The position numbers were made by a program, and so were the translations under genes. 33,164 bases of DNA from Chiloscyllium plagiosum (lineage: Eukaryota): NCBI RefSeq assembly GCF_004010195.1, contig NC_057718.1, positions 74,781,403 through 74,814,566 of the forward strand, in the 5' to 3' direction. Positions 11,454 to 22,979 of this stretch are shown here, one piece after another. Positions within the stretch are counted from its first letter, which is position 1. Each line of letters begins with the position of its first letter. The notes beneath the pieces are model-generated. The model ran no database searches. It was not told where the DNA came from and saw only the letters and a program-made list of their open reading frames with translations.

Positions 11454-12914
11454 ATGGGAGGCAAGGGGAGTTGCCTGTGTAACGATCGATCTGCAAATAA
11501 CGTTAAAGGGGGATATATCCTGCCCGACAGTCCTTTGGGGAAAGTGTTGGGTAATTGGGAACACAACTCCCGGACGCGGGAGAAAGATAAGGCTACAAAG
11601 ATAAACGATTGATGTTTTGTCTGGACTAGAGAAAGTATTAAGGTGCCTGGTATTTTTTGGCCCAAATATGGGTCAGATAAGAATTGGCTGTGTCAAGATC
11701 TTAATATATATGTCAATCGAAAAGAACCGTACAGTCAAAAAGAATCCGATTATGCGGCTTGTTGGATGGGAACCGTTGGAGTAAAATTATGTCCCATGAA
11801 TATGGAGGAATCAGGGGAAGAACAGAAAAAGAATGAACAAGGGAAGCCGCCCCCATATACTACTCCCCGGCACGAGCCTACAGCTCCCGAAGTAGAACTG
11901 AGTCCAGACACAGAAAAAGGAACGGACTCTGAACTAAAAGATGCAGAATCTAGTGGGCTCAGAATCACTCAAGCCACCACACGTAAAGGAGAGGCAGAGG
12001 TAATGGAAAATGTAAAATGATGTCCCTTACGAGAGGTTCCGATTGGGGAAGGTACAATCAGATATGTAAACGCTCCCTTAACTAGCAGTGAAGTTAGGGC
12101 CTTTAAAAAGGAAATGAAAAGTTTAATAGAGGATCCAGGTGGACTAGCCGAACAACTAGAGCAATTCCTAGGGCCTAATTTATATACCTGGGGAGAACTG
12201 ATGGCAATTTTAGGAACGTTATTTTCAGGGGAAGAACGAGGTATGATTAGGAGAGCGGCTTTATAGGAATGGGAAAAGAAGCACCCAGTTGGGGAAGAAG
12301 GGGCCCCAGCAGAACAGAAATGTTGACCCTCATTGGGAGAATAATGACAGAAGAGATAGGGAGTCAATGCGGGATCTATGAGAAATGGTAATATTAGGAA
12401 TTAAAGAGGCGGCACCTAGATCACAAAACTTTGTTAAGGCCTTTGAAGTACGACAAGAGAAGGATGAAACCCCTTCTGCATTTCTTAAAAGGCTCAAGGA
12501 GGCCACAAGGAAGTATTCGGGAATGGATTCCGATAATCCGATAGCACAGGGACTCTTAAAGGTCCAGTTTGTAACTAAATCATGGCCGGACAAACAAAAG
12601 AAATTACAGAAATTCAATGGATGGTGTGAAAGACAGATGGAAGAATTGTTATGTGAGGCACAGAAAGTGTGAAGCAGAAACAGAAAGCCAAAATGATGGT
12701 GGCGGCAGTAGAAGAAATAACAAAAAGGAGAATGGGATGAAGGGATAACAGAAAGGATAGGGGAAGACACGAAAGACAAGGGTCAGATACCCAGGAAAAG
12801 AGGCAACAGGCAGGGTGTTACCATTGCGGGAAAGTGGGGCATTTTAAACGGGAATGCCCGGAATTAGCACGAGAACGGGAAGCCGTTTCCCTAATGACCT
12901 TAGATGAAGATTAG
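11454..12914 (+). pseudogene. gag: ERV gag (MA-CA-NC), disrupted
   Basis: MGGKGS myristoylation-type start; PDSPLG, FWPKYGS, PLREVP, VNAPLTSSEVR, FLGPNLYTW, QEKDETP; one CCHC knuckle CYHCGKVGHFKREC at 12816-12857; TAG at 12912; internal stops and frameshifts. Confidence 0.92.
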
Positions 12915-12976
12915 GGGAGTCAGGGGTTCCTTCCTCCTGAGACCCACCGGGAACCCTTGATGAATTTAAAGGTGGG
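12912..12976 (+). promoter_or_regulatory. gag-pol UAG readthrough signal (predicted H-type pseudoknot)
   Basis: TAG in frame with pro, 8-nt spacer, stem 1 12923-12931/12949-12957, stem 2 CCCACC 12943-12948 with GGTGGG 12971-12976. Confidence 0.75.
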
Positions 12977-15900
12977 ACCTGAAGGGGAGGAGGCAGTATT
13001 TTTGGTGGACACGGCACGGTCATCCCTAAGTTTTAGACCTACCGGTGTTAAATTGACTAAGGAGTATGTTAAAGTTTCCGGAGTAAAAGGCGAAGAATTC
13101 TTGGTGCCTATTTTTGAACCAACCCTAATTAGAAGTGATGAGGAAGTGATAGGACAATTACTATATAGTCCTGACATTGGAAGTAATCTATTAGGTAGGG
13201 ATTTGATTATATTGCTGGGCTTAAAAATTGGGGTAGAGGATAGTGCAGTAACTGTAACGATGGCTATGTTAACACCTAGTGAAGAAAAACAAATCAGCCC
13301 TGACGTATGGGTGAAAGCGGATAACACAGGGCATCTAAATATTACTCCGTTGGTGATTACATTGACTCGAGAAGATGAGACAGTTCGGGTTAGACAATAC
13401 CCTGTATCGTTGGAAGGCAGTAGAGGTCTGCAACCAGTTATAGATTCTTTGGTAAAAACTGGACTGTTAGAACCATGTATGTCGCCCTTTAATACCCCAA
13501 TACTGCCCGTCCGCAAACCAGATGGAACCTTTCGATTGGTGCAGGATCTTAGGGCATTGAACTGATTGGTTCGAACACGACACCCGGTGGTACCTAATCC
13601 ATATACTTTGCTAGGCAAAATACCGTGTAACCACTGCTGGTTTAGTGTAATAGATTTAAAAGATGCATTCTGGGCTTGTCCTCTGGCCCCAGAAAGCCGC
13701 AACATGTTTGCTTTTGAATGGGAAAACCTATACACTGGTAGAAAACAGCAGTTCCGATGAACGGTACTTCCCCAGGGATTCACAGAATCACCTAATCTAT
13801 TCGGGCAAGTACTGGAACCGGTCCTGGACCAACATAAAATATCTCGGGGAACGTCATTGTTACAATATGTGGACGATTTACTTGTATCAGGACAAAAGAG
13901 ATGACATGAGTTTAGCCACCAATAGACTGTTAAATTTCCTAGGGCAACAGGGTTTAAGAGTATCTAGGAATAAATTGCAATATGTAGAGAAAGAGGTGAA
14001 ATACTTGGGACACCTTATTAGTGAGGGCACTAGGCGCATTAACCCTGAGAGAATTAAAGGGATCATTGAACTGCCCCTTCCGACCACCAAATGAGAATTA
14101 CGGAAGTTCTTGGGGCTGGTGGGCTATTGTAGATTATGGATAGAAGCATACGCCCAGAAAATGAAGGGGTTATATTACAAATTGACAGAATCTAAACATG
14201 AAAGACTGCACTGGACAGAAGAGGAAAAGGAAGGGTTACATGAGTTGAAGCACAGTCTAATACGAGCTCCGGTGTTGGCCCTTCCCTCCCTAGATAAATC
14301 ATTCCACCTTTTTGTGACAGTAAATAATGGAGCAGCCTTAGGAATGTTAACCCAGAAAGGAGAGGGAAAGAGACAGCCTATAGTCTTCCTGTCCAAGATC
14401 TTGGACCCTGTCTCGAGGGGATGGCCTGAATGTATACTGGCAGTAGCAGCCATTGCCATACTGGTAGAGGAAAGCCATAAACTTACTTTTGGAGGGGCGC
14501 TAGTCGTTAGTACCCCCCATCAAGTTAGAACTGTGTTAAACCAAACGGCAGGGAGATGGTTAACAGACTCACGAATCTTAAAATACGAAACCATCCTGAT
14601 GGAGAGAGATGACCTAGTGTTAGCGACAGACACCAGTCTAAATCCAGCTACCTTCCTATGGAAGGGAGAACCTCTAGACAAATGAGAATTAGAACATGAC
14701 TGCCTGGATATCATAGAATATCAAACCAAAGTTAGACAGGACCTAAAGGATATCCCCTTACATGACGGGGACAGACTGCTTATAGGCGGGTCATCAAGAG
14801 TAGTACAAGGAAAAAGACACAATGGAGATGCAGTAGTGGACGGTAACGAGAATCGAACGGTTGAGGCTGACCGGTTGCCTAACACATGGTCAGCCCAGAC
14901 TTGTGAGTTGTATGCATTAAACCAAGCTTTAAAACAATTAGAGAATCGAGATGGGACAATTTACACCGACTGTAAGTATGCCTATGGGGTGGTACATACC
15001 TTCGGAAAAATATGGCAAGAACGTGGACTAATCAACAGCCGGGGAAAGGAATTGATACACGAAGAGTTGATAGGACAAGTGTTGAAAAATTTGGAATTAC
15101 CCCAGGAAATAGCCACAGTCCATGTACCTGGGCACCAGAAGGGGAACACTCTAGAAGCAAGAGGGATAGGCTAGCAGACGAGGCAGCTAAAGAGGCAGCT
15201 ATAAGCCACACAGTAACAAAAATACGGGTTCTCACACCCATAGTGGAGTCCCCTTCCGTGAACCCCATGTACACGGAAGAAGAGGAAAAGGAATTCCAGG
15301 AAATGGGGGCCACTAAGACAACCCAAGGAAGATGGATCTTCTCGGATTGAAGGGAGTTATTAAGTAAACCAGTTATGAGAAACATCCTAACCACCTTGCA
15401 TTAAGGCAGTCACTGGGGATCCCAAGCTATGTGTGACATAGTGTTAAGGAAATACGGATGTAAAGGGATATACACATTAGCCAAGCAGGTATGCGCAGGA
15501 TGCCGACTTGCCAAAAGATTAATAAGAAAGTAACAAGAGGGGGGCCAGGAGGTGGAAGAAACCCTGGGGTAAGACCTTTTTAAAGAATACAGGTAGATTA
15601 CACAGAATTAATCCCAGTAGGGAAACAAAAGTACTTATTAGTCCTAATGGACCACCTAACTGGGTGGGTGGAGGCATTTCCAATGTCCTCAGCTACTTCA
15701 AAGGGAGTAGTGAAAACTCTTTTAGAACATATAATTCCTTGATATGGAGTGGTGGAAAGTATAGATTCAGACCAAGGTAGCTATTTTACCTCTAAGATCC
15801 TACAAGAAGTAAGGGCGGGATTAGAGATCTCTTGGGAATTCCACACTCCTTGGCACCCGCCTTCCTCTGGACGGTGGAACGAATGAATCAAACCTTAAAG

Positions 15901-16418
15901 AAGCAATTGTCTAAGCTAGTCCTAGAGACTCGATTACCATGGACAAAATGTTTACCTATCGTGTTGCTACACATTAGGACTGCACCTAGACATGATATAG
16001 GCCTCTCTCCTTATGAGATGATGTTTGGATTACCTTTCTTGGGTGGAAGATGGGAATTACCAACTGTAGAGTTCAATGATAAGTTTTTAAAGAACTATTG
16101 TGGCGCTCGGCTCTTCTTTGGAAGAAGGGTCTGTTGACTCAGACACCTCCACTTGAGTTCGCAGTACATCGGATACGACCGTGTGATTGGGTCCTGATAA
16201 AGACCTGGAAAGATACCAAACTGCACCCAAGCTGGGAGGGACCGTTCCTAACCCTCCTGACTACTGAAACAGCCATCCGAACTGCTGAAAAAGGGTGGAG
16301 TCATCACACTCGTGTTAAGGGCCCGGTGGACACTCCTTCCCCTCCGGCAGAGTGGCAAGCACATCCCACAGACAACCCTCTGAAAATCAAGCTGAGCAAA
16401 AAGAATGGACTGAGATAA
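12915..16418 (+). pseudogene. pol: ERV pro-pol (PR, RT, tether, RNase H, integrase), disrupted
   Basis: FLVDT and NLLGRDL; QYP, SPFNTPILPV, VQDLRALN, DLKDAF, LPQGF, YVDD at 13866-13877; SAQTCEL, IYTD; IQVDYTE, IDSDQG, VERMNQTLK, WEGPF; many stops and frameshifts. Confidence 0.95.
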
Positions 16419-16540
16419 GAGACTATTAAGTATTGGTTAAAAAAAAACTGTATCCCAAAACAATTGTAAGTGTTGCATGGGTTCACTCCTCCCTGGTATT
16501 TAAAGGGTTAGGGAATAGACAGATAGGGTTGTGAGCTGAA

Positions 16541-17873
16541 ATGAATGGTCAGCTTTATGTTGTCATGATAATATTGGCGCTAGCTGCCAAGGGGGGGGAT
16601 GGGAAAAATCATTTTACTGCTTTATGTCAGAATTGTGCTAAACTAAAGGGGCATACTGACTGTTGGGTATGTGCTGAGATCCCACACCATGGGGAATCCG
16701 GAATTCCTCTCACGGTAATACCACTTACCAAAGAAGAAGTGTACGATGTACAACAATTTGACTCAGGCTCAAATGATACAACTTGGAGATTTGAAAGGGG
16801 TAATTATAACTTTGTGGGATGGTTCCCTCAACCAGCCCCAAAAACTCTGGGTGCTATCGATGGCCTTAGAGTTTCCCCCCGAAAGGAGCAGTAAATACCA
16901 CTTGTTTCTGTAATCAGAATGATACAGCACCTTTCTGATTAGGAAAATCATCTTGTGTCTACACCAGCCAAACCACTGCCACGACCATTCCCCAAATATT
17001 AAACGGAACATATTGGGTATGCGGCCTGAAGGCCTATCTATTTATTCCTGGGGAGAAATACATTCGCGTGACTGAATGTATAGGAATGCATGCATGTTAT
17101 GATGTTGATCAAACACTGCCTCAAAGCCAGAAAGGCTGGAGTGGCTGCTGCTACCTCGCCTATATAATTCCCCACTTCAGGCTGTTAAAGAGAGCCCCAA
17201 AATTACCTTGGAATAAATAGGGAGGAAAGCGAGTAACCCGGAAAGTAACCGAAGGAGATCGCCTCCTCTGGACTTTGATACCTATGTATTGGACCGCTCA
17301 AGCAGGAGTAGAAATACAAAAGTTGGTGGCTTCCCTGGAAGAGTTGGCCAACAATACTGCTATGCGTTGGCCGAAACCCAATCCCAAGTAGCAGCCATAA
17401 CGACCGAAATGATTGCCATTAGGCTAACGACCCTTCAGAACAGGATGGGTCTGGATAATGTTCTAGCAGAGAAGGGTGGTATCTGTGCACTAATTGGAGA
17501 GGAATGTTGTACGTACATACCTGAGGTCTCCTCTAACATTACTGATATCTCCAAACATGTGCGAGACAAAATTGCCAAGATAAGGAAGGCCGGTAATCGG
17601 TTCCAGAATGAAAAAGGATGGGAATGGGGCAATTGGGGATTGACTGGTTGGGGAAGGTGGCTAGTCAATCTAGCTATCTATGGATTATTGATATTAGTGG
17701 GTCTGGTGGTAGGGTTCAATGTCCTAAAATGGGTAATGAGCCGACTGATGACATCCCTTGAGGAAGGAACCCAAATAAATCATCAGATGCTTTTACAATC
17801 AGCAGGTGATATGCAACAAAGAGAAAGTCAAAGAATGCATCAAAGGGACGAACAACTCAAATGTAAAATGTAA
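16541..17873 (+). pseudogene. env: ERV env, gamma-type, disrupted
   Basis: Signal peptide; CWVC at 16661-16672; RVTR cleavage site ~17230-17241; ISD LQNRMGLDNVLAEKGG; CX6CC CALIGEECC at 17484-17510; TM LVNLAIYGLLILVGLVVGF; about 2 frameshifts and 2 stops. Confidence 0.92.
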
Positions 17874-17965
17874 GATTGTGAACCTCATCGCCAAAAGGCA
17901 TAAGAGGGCAGAACATAAAAAAAAAAATAAATAAAGGAGAATTAATAAGTGCAAAAACAACAGTT

Positions 17966-17987
17966 AGAGAAAAAGAATAAGAGGGAA
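17966..17987 (+). promoter_or_regulatory. Polypurine tract
   Basis: agagaaaaagaataagagggaa just before the presumed 3' LTR start. Confidence 0.7.
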
Positions 17988-17988
17988 T

Positions 17989-18249
17989 TATGGGAGATTA
18001 GAAATGTTGTTGTTGCAGGTGGGGGAGGGTAACTAACAAGTGAGGTAATCAGCTTATGATAGGATGGGAAAAGGGAGGCATGATTCCGCAACTTGTAAAC
18101 TGAATAAGAAAGCTAACAGGCTCTGTTTTGGTGCACATTTCTGCTTGATTGCAGAAGCGTCTGGTCCTTGCAAGGCTGTATTAAATTGTTCTTGTTTCCA
18201 AGGCTTTGTCTCAGGCTGATTGATTTGTGAGTGAGTTCTGTTTCTCACA
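17989..18249 (+). repeat. ERV 3' LTR
   Basis: 18030-18249 repeats 10510-10728; start inferred from the PPT (tatggg, degenerate TG); ATTAAA at 18180-18185; ends in CA. Confidence 0.88.
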
Positions 18250-18817
18250 GTGGCCAGGAGAGCAGTCCTGTTCCTTCCAGCTCCACATCCAGTTCGATAT
18301 GTGAATGTTCCAGATGATTGTATTGTACGCATAGTGAATAACATGGCAAGAGTATTCTAAAATTAAAACTGGATTGTGCAAGTATTCTCTGAGTGCACCT
18401 ATTTTATTATAATTAGGCTTACCGCTCAAATCTTTCCAGGGTTAGTATTCTGAATGTTGGCTTAGCACAACTGACACACCCAACGTCTGCTTTGCTCAAA
18501 ACCAGAAAATGTAGTGTTATGTATCTTGAGCTCTTTTTTTAAAAAAGAAGGGTGGACTCTCCTCTCCAAAAATTTAAACAGGAGGGATCACATATTTTTC
18601 CTTTTTGGAATAAACTAGAATGGAAATTAGACATTATGATGTAGCAAAAATATGAGAAGAGTTTTGCAATTTGAAAAATCAAGTGGTGCACATCTTTAGC
18701 TGTAAAAGACTATATTGCTTTTGGATCAGTGAGATTGCCACTTTATTCAGTTAAAGCAGCACCCGAGGTTTTTGAGATAGGGAAAAACCCTTGGACTAGT
18801 AATGCTGCAGTTATCTA

Positions 18818-19235
18818 GAGACTTAGCATATGTACAGTACAGAAACAGACCTTTGGTTCAACCCGTCCATACCAACCAGATATCCGATCCCAACCTAATC
18901 CCATCTGCCAGCACCCTGCCCATCTCACTCCAAACACTTCCTATTCATACATCCATACAAATGCCTTTTAAATTTTGCACTTGTACTAGCCTCCACCACT
19001 TCCCTAGCAGCCCATTCCACACACACGCACCACTCTCTGTGTGAAAAAGATCCTACATAAGTCTCTTTTATATCTTTCCCCTCTCACTCTAAACCTTCCT
19101 GATGAAGGGCTTTTGCCCAAATCGTTGATTTTCCTGCTCCTTAGATGCAGCCTGACCTACTGTGCTTTTCCAGCGCTACTCTAATCTTTACTCTAAAACT
19201 GTGCCCTCTAGTCTTGTACTCCCCCATTCCAGCGA
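18818..19235 (-). mobile_element. CR1 LINE 3' end, interrupted by a 93-bp pLTR piece
   Basis: cagaaacagacctttggttcaacc 3' UTR; cactctctgtgtgaaaaa (FFTQRVV); tgccctctagt (TRGH). Confidence 0.85.
19097..19189 (+). mobile_element. Penelope pLTR piece starting at a hammerhead remnant
   Basis: tcctgatgaagggcttttgcccaaatcgttg...; flanked by actctaaacct (19086-19096) and actctaaaact (19190-19200). Confidence 0.8.
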
Positions 19236-19486
19236 ACAGTCTGAAAAAATCTAGAGTCAGCAAACAATACAAGTAATTAGATTAATTTGTTATAATTAGA
19301 CTATCTCTACAGACATACAGCAATAAACCATTCATTGATAATTCTGCTAACTAAAACTCTAATCCTATTATAAACTTCTCCGTGACCACAAATGCACAGA
19401 AAACCAAAAGGGAAAATAGATTCTTGGTGGTAATGTGAAACTGGAAAGTCAGTTCAGTGGTCTTTACCTCCCTGTTCTGGTGTTGA

Positions 19487-20602
19487 GATTATTCTTCTGA
19501 ATTTACACAACAATCCCAATAAGCAAACCCCCTTTAAAAAAAACAGTAAAAATTGAACAATTGCTTACAGGTTGAAGTCAGAAGGGTAGAAGGAGAGAGA
19601 GTTTCACAGACTGTTTCCACACAGTTGAACTCCTAACTAGTTCTGAATTGAACTGCTCAGCAAGAGAGCTGACCACTCCCCTTTCATTATACAGATTACT
19701 TTTAAAACATGACCACTTTCGCCTGAAGTCTCATCTGTTTATCTGTAAACAAAAGGCTCTCAACATCCTTTATCATCCCTGTACCAAATTAGTCACCCTG
19801 GAGTTGGAAGGGTTTTATGCCTCCTCTGAAAAAATAACAAGGACACAGTATTGTTGTGGGGAAAAACACCAGTCTCGGAGTCAGAATTGAATTTCAATGA
19901 CACAAGGAAATACCGGAGCTCCGGGGAGAGAAAGACACCGACAGCACAGTTGTTAACTGCAAGTCTTCTCTTGACCCAGAGCACATGTCAAGAAACTTTT
20001 ATACATCTTGTGATACAATAGGTCAGTGATGAGATTATTGTCTTTGTAACATGGTTTGTTTATGGCAATCATTGCAGAACCATTGATAGATTCAATGCAG
20101 TCTTTGTCAGTTCCAGCACAACCTTTGTTAATTTTCGCGTGGTCATTGTCAGTTTCAGTGCAGACATTGTCAGTTTCAATGTCTGCATGGAAATCTATGG
20201 GCGCTAATCACTCTTCCTGAGAAGGATGATTACTGCAGCCCTGGCTATTAGCATTTCGTATTGTATATGTATCAAACTGTTAGCATTTCTATAAGAGGTG
20301 TTGGCTGGACCCTGGCAGTGTTTGTTGCTAATGTGTATTCTCTCTTGCCTTAAACTAATCAGCTGGGTTGTGAGTGCATTGTGCTGGCATTCTGGTGGCC
20401 CCAAGTAGTGTCTGTATCTGCTCTACTGTTTCTATCCATATTGTGATCCAGTGGCCATCTTGTGTATCAAGTTGGGCAACTAATAGCTCAGTGGCCATCT
20501 TGTGTGTCCATGTGCCTAGTATCATCCTGCCCCATGGCATCTCCCTCATCAGTATCCTTGAGAAAAGGCACCGCTTTTAGAAACAAGGGATCAGCTTTGA
20601 TA
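19487..20602 (-). repeat. Gmr1-like 3' LTR (truncated, interrupted by a solo LTR)
   Basis: Homologous to ~24520-24916 (gaactcctaactagttctg, gcctgaagtctcatctgttta); PPT cctccccccttt at 20603-20614 adjacent. Confidence 0.85.
19852..20551 (-). mobile_element. Solo LTR of an unrelated family
   Basis: TG...CA ends with imperfect inverted termini tgttgtggg/ccctcatca; 4-bp TSD GTAT at 19848-19851 and 20552-20555; minus-strand TATAAAA near 20000. Confidence 0.85.
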
Positions 20603-20799
20603 CCTCCCCCCTTTAAAAAATGAACTATCAATATCAAAAGATGACTTTACTTTTAAAACCCCGCAAAAACACACTGGTTAGTAGTCTAAAACACATATAT
20701 ACACCATAGCAATGGTACACATGCAAAAATGCACAACCACATGCAAATTCAGGCCATGGCACATCTGCCACTGAATGCCTCTGTATCTCAGTTGAGTCC

Positions 20800-22900
20800 C
20801 GATAACGCATCGGCGATCATATTTTCCTTTTTTGTCCTTAAATTTTTCTACAAATGTCAATGGGTTATGAACAGTGTACACGATTGTCTCTGATGCATTG
20901 CTGGTAATATAAACACTGAAATGTCGTAATGCCAACACCAAGCTCAAAGTCTCTTTCTCCACCATTGAATATTTTGGTTAATGAACATTCAACTTCCTGG
21001 AAAAATACCCAATAGATCTTTCTATTCCCTGGTCATCCTCCTGCAGGACCACCCCACATCACTGGCATCGAATGCAACCTTGAAAGGCTTCATGTAATCC
21101 AGGGTGGCTAATACTGAGGAAATGGTTAACACAGTTTTTTGGCTGTCAAATGCCTTTTGACAGTCCGCTGTCCACTGAAACTTCTTGCCCTTTTGTTTTT
21201 AAAAATTCGGTGAGTGGAGCAGCCACATTGCTAAAGTTTGGCACAAGCTTTTAGTAAAATCCATTCCACCCCAGGAACTGTAGTACTGCTTTATTTGTCG
21301 ATGGTGTGGGAAATTCCCCAATACTTTCATTTTCACATCCCGTGGGGTCATTTGTCCATGTCCAATAACATGGCCCAGGAAGGCGACTTGGGCTTTGAAC
21401 ATTCACTTTTAGCTAGGTTTACCACCAAGCCTGCCTTGCAAAGTCAATTGAACAAATCCGATAAATGCTGTAAATATTCCTTCCATGAATGACTAAAAAC
21501 CACCAGGTCATCAATGTAAACAACATAATTGGGTAACCCAGCAATGACCTTATTTAGTCAGTCTCTGAAATGTGGCTGGAGTGTTTTTCATGCCAAATGG
21601 CATGACTTTGAACTGATATAGTCCATTTAGCATTACAAAAGCTGAAATTGCCTTTGCTCTCTCTGACAGATGTACTTGCCAGTAGTCTCTGAGCAAGTGC
21701 AGCTTAGAAATGTAAATTGCTTGTCCCACCTTTTTGACACAGTCCTCCAACCGTGGAATTGGATATGCATCAGTTTTTGTAACTGCGTAGACTTTGCGAT
21801 AGTCCACACATAACTATTGGGTACCATATGGCTTTCACTGTGATGCTGCATAATAGGATGGCCTCTGGAAATCTAGTCGACATGTTCATTATTGTTAATA
21901 AATACTCATTCCCACTTTTTGTTTGAGGTAGGGGACTTACGCAATCAATCAAGACTCTTATGAAAGGTTCTTCAAATGCTGCATTAAAGGTGCAGGTTTT
22001 ATTGCTGCCTGTGGTTTTCCAATTAGCTGACATGTATGACACCCTCACAAAATTCAATGGCATCCTTGTGTAGTCCAGGCCAGTAAAAATGTCTTTGTAT
22101 TTAAGTCTGCATTTTTCTCACCTCTATATGACCTCCAAGTGGTAGCTCCATGCGCCACTCGCAGCAACTCCTTTCTGTATTGTACTGGCAATACAGAACT
22201 TCTGCCCATTTCTTATTCACTTGAATGTGTGATGGTCTCCATTTCCTCATTATGACATCATTTGTTAAGTGATAACAACATGGATACATTCATTATCCTC
22301 TGAGTATGCCTTTTGATACAATGGTTTTTACTTCTCATCTTTCTGCTGTAACTCAATCAGCTTAGCAGAGCTAAAGAAACTTGTTTACCTATTTGCTCCT
22401 GTTCTGTCCCACTTATCTGATCAAAAAAGTCCCTGATAAAGCTATGTCAGCTTCCTTATCTGTGCCTTTTGATCTCTCCTGGTTCAACTTGTGCATCTGT
22501 GATCTTGTGATCACACAATCTGGGAAAATTTCTGGATAAACTAGAGTAGGCAGCATACCTACCAGTGAATTAGTGATATCCTTTGCAAGGACAAATTGTA
22601 TTCCTGGAGCTGAGAGTTTGTCCAATACTCCTACTACAAATTCTCCGCTCTTCTCTGGATTCTCGAGCCTCACTTTACATAATTGAGCACTTTTTGTTTC
22701 ACCATGAATTTCTGTTACCTTTTCTGGCAAGTGTCCCTCAGGAGTATATATCTCCTGATCCTTCAGCATTGCAGACTGAAAGGATCCTGTGTAATCTCTT
22801 CATCTGCTACTCCTGGCCTATGTGAATAAACTTTACCCTTGCATGTATACTTTTTAAGCAGATCTGGCACTTCCTCCTTAACCAACCTCTGATCATCTTG
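20800..22900 (-). pseudogene. pol: Gmr1-like pol (PR-IN-RT-RH)
   Basis: GGH...FYWPGLHKD zinc finger; EEPFIRVLIDCVSPLPQTKSGNEYLLTIM; CVDYRKV, YPIPRLED, MPFGMKN, YIDD at 21507-21518; DASDVG, VEKETLSLVLAL. Confidence 0.9.
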
Positions 22901-22979
22901 TACACTCTGAGGCAGTTACTTAACTTCCTTTATGCTTTTTGTTACTAGGCCAACAAAACTCCCAGGCTTGTCTGGTTTC

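Larger units (their letters stand above)
10510..18249 (+). mobile_element. Defective class I (gamma-like, HERV-I/HERVIP-related) endogenous retrovirus
   Basis: LTR-PBS-gag-pro-pol-env-PPT-LTR in order; the true 5' boundary probably lies left of 10510. Confidence 0.95.

Noticed and set aside
12920..13783. 287-aa antisense ORF opposite pro-pol
   Set aside because: No recognisable motif, non-ATG start; long antisense frames are common opposite coding sequence
19240..19486. LTR-like sequence left of the Gmr1 3' LTR
   Set aside because: Does not align to the partner LTR and has no definable ends
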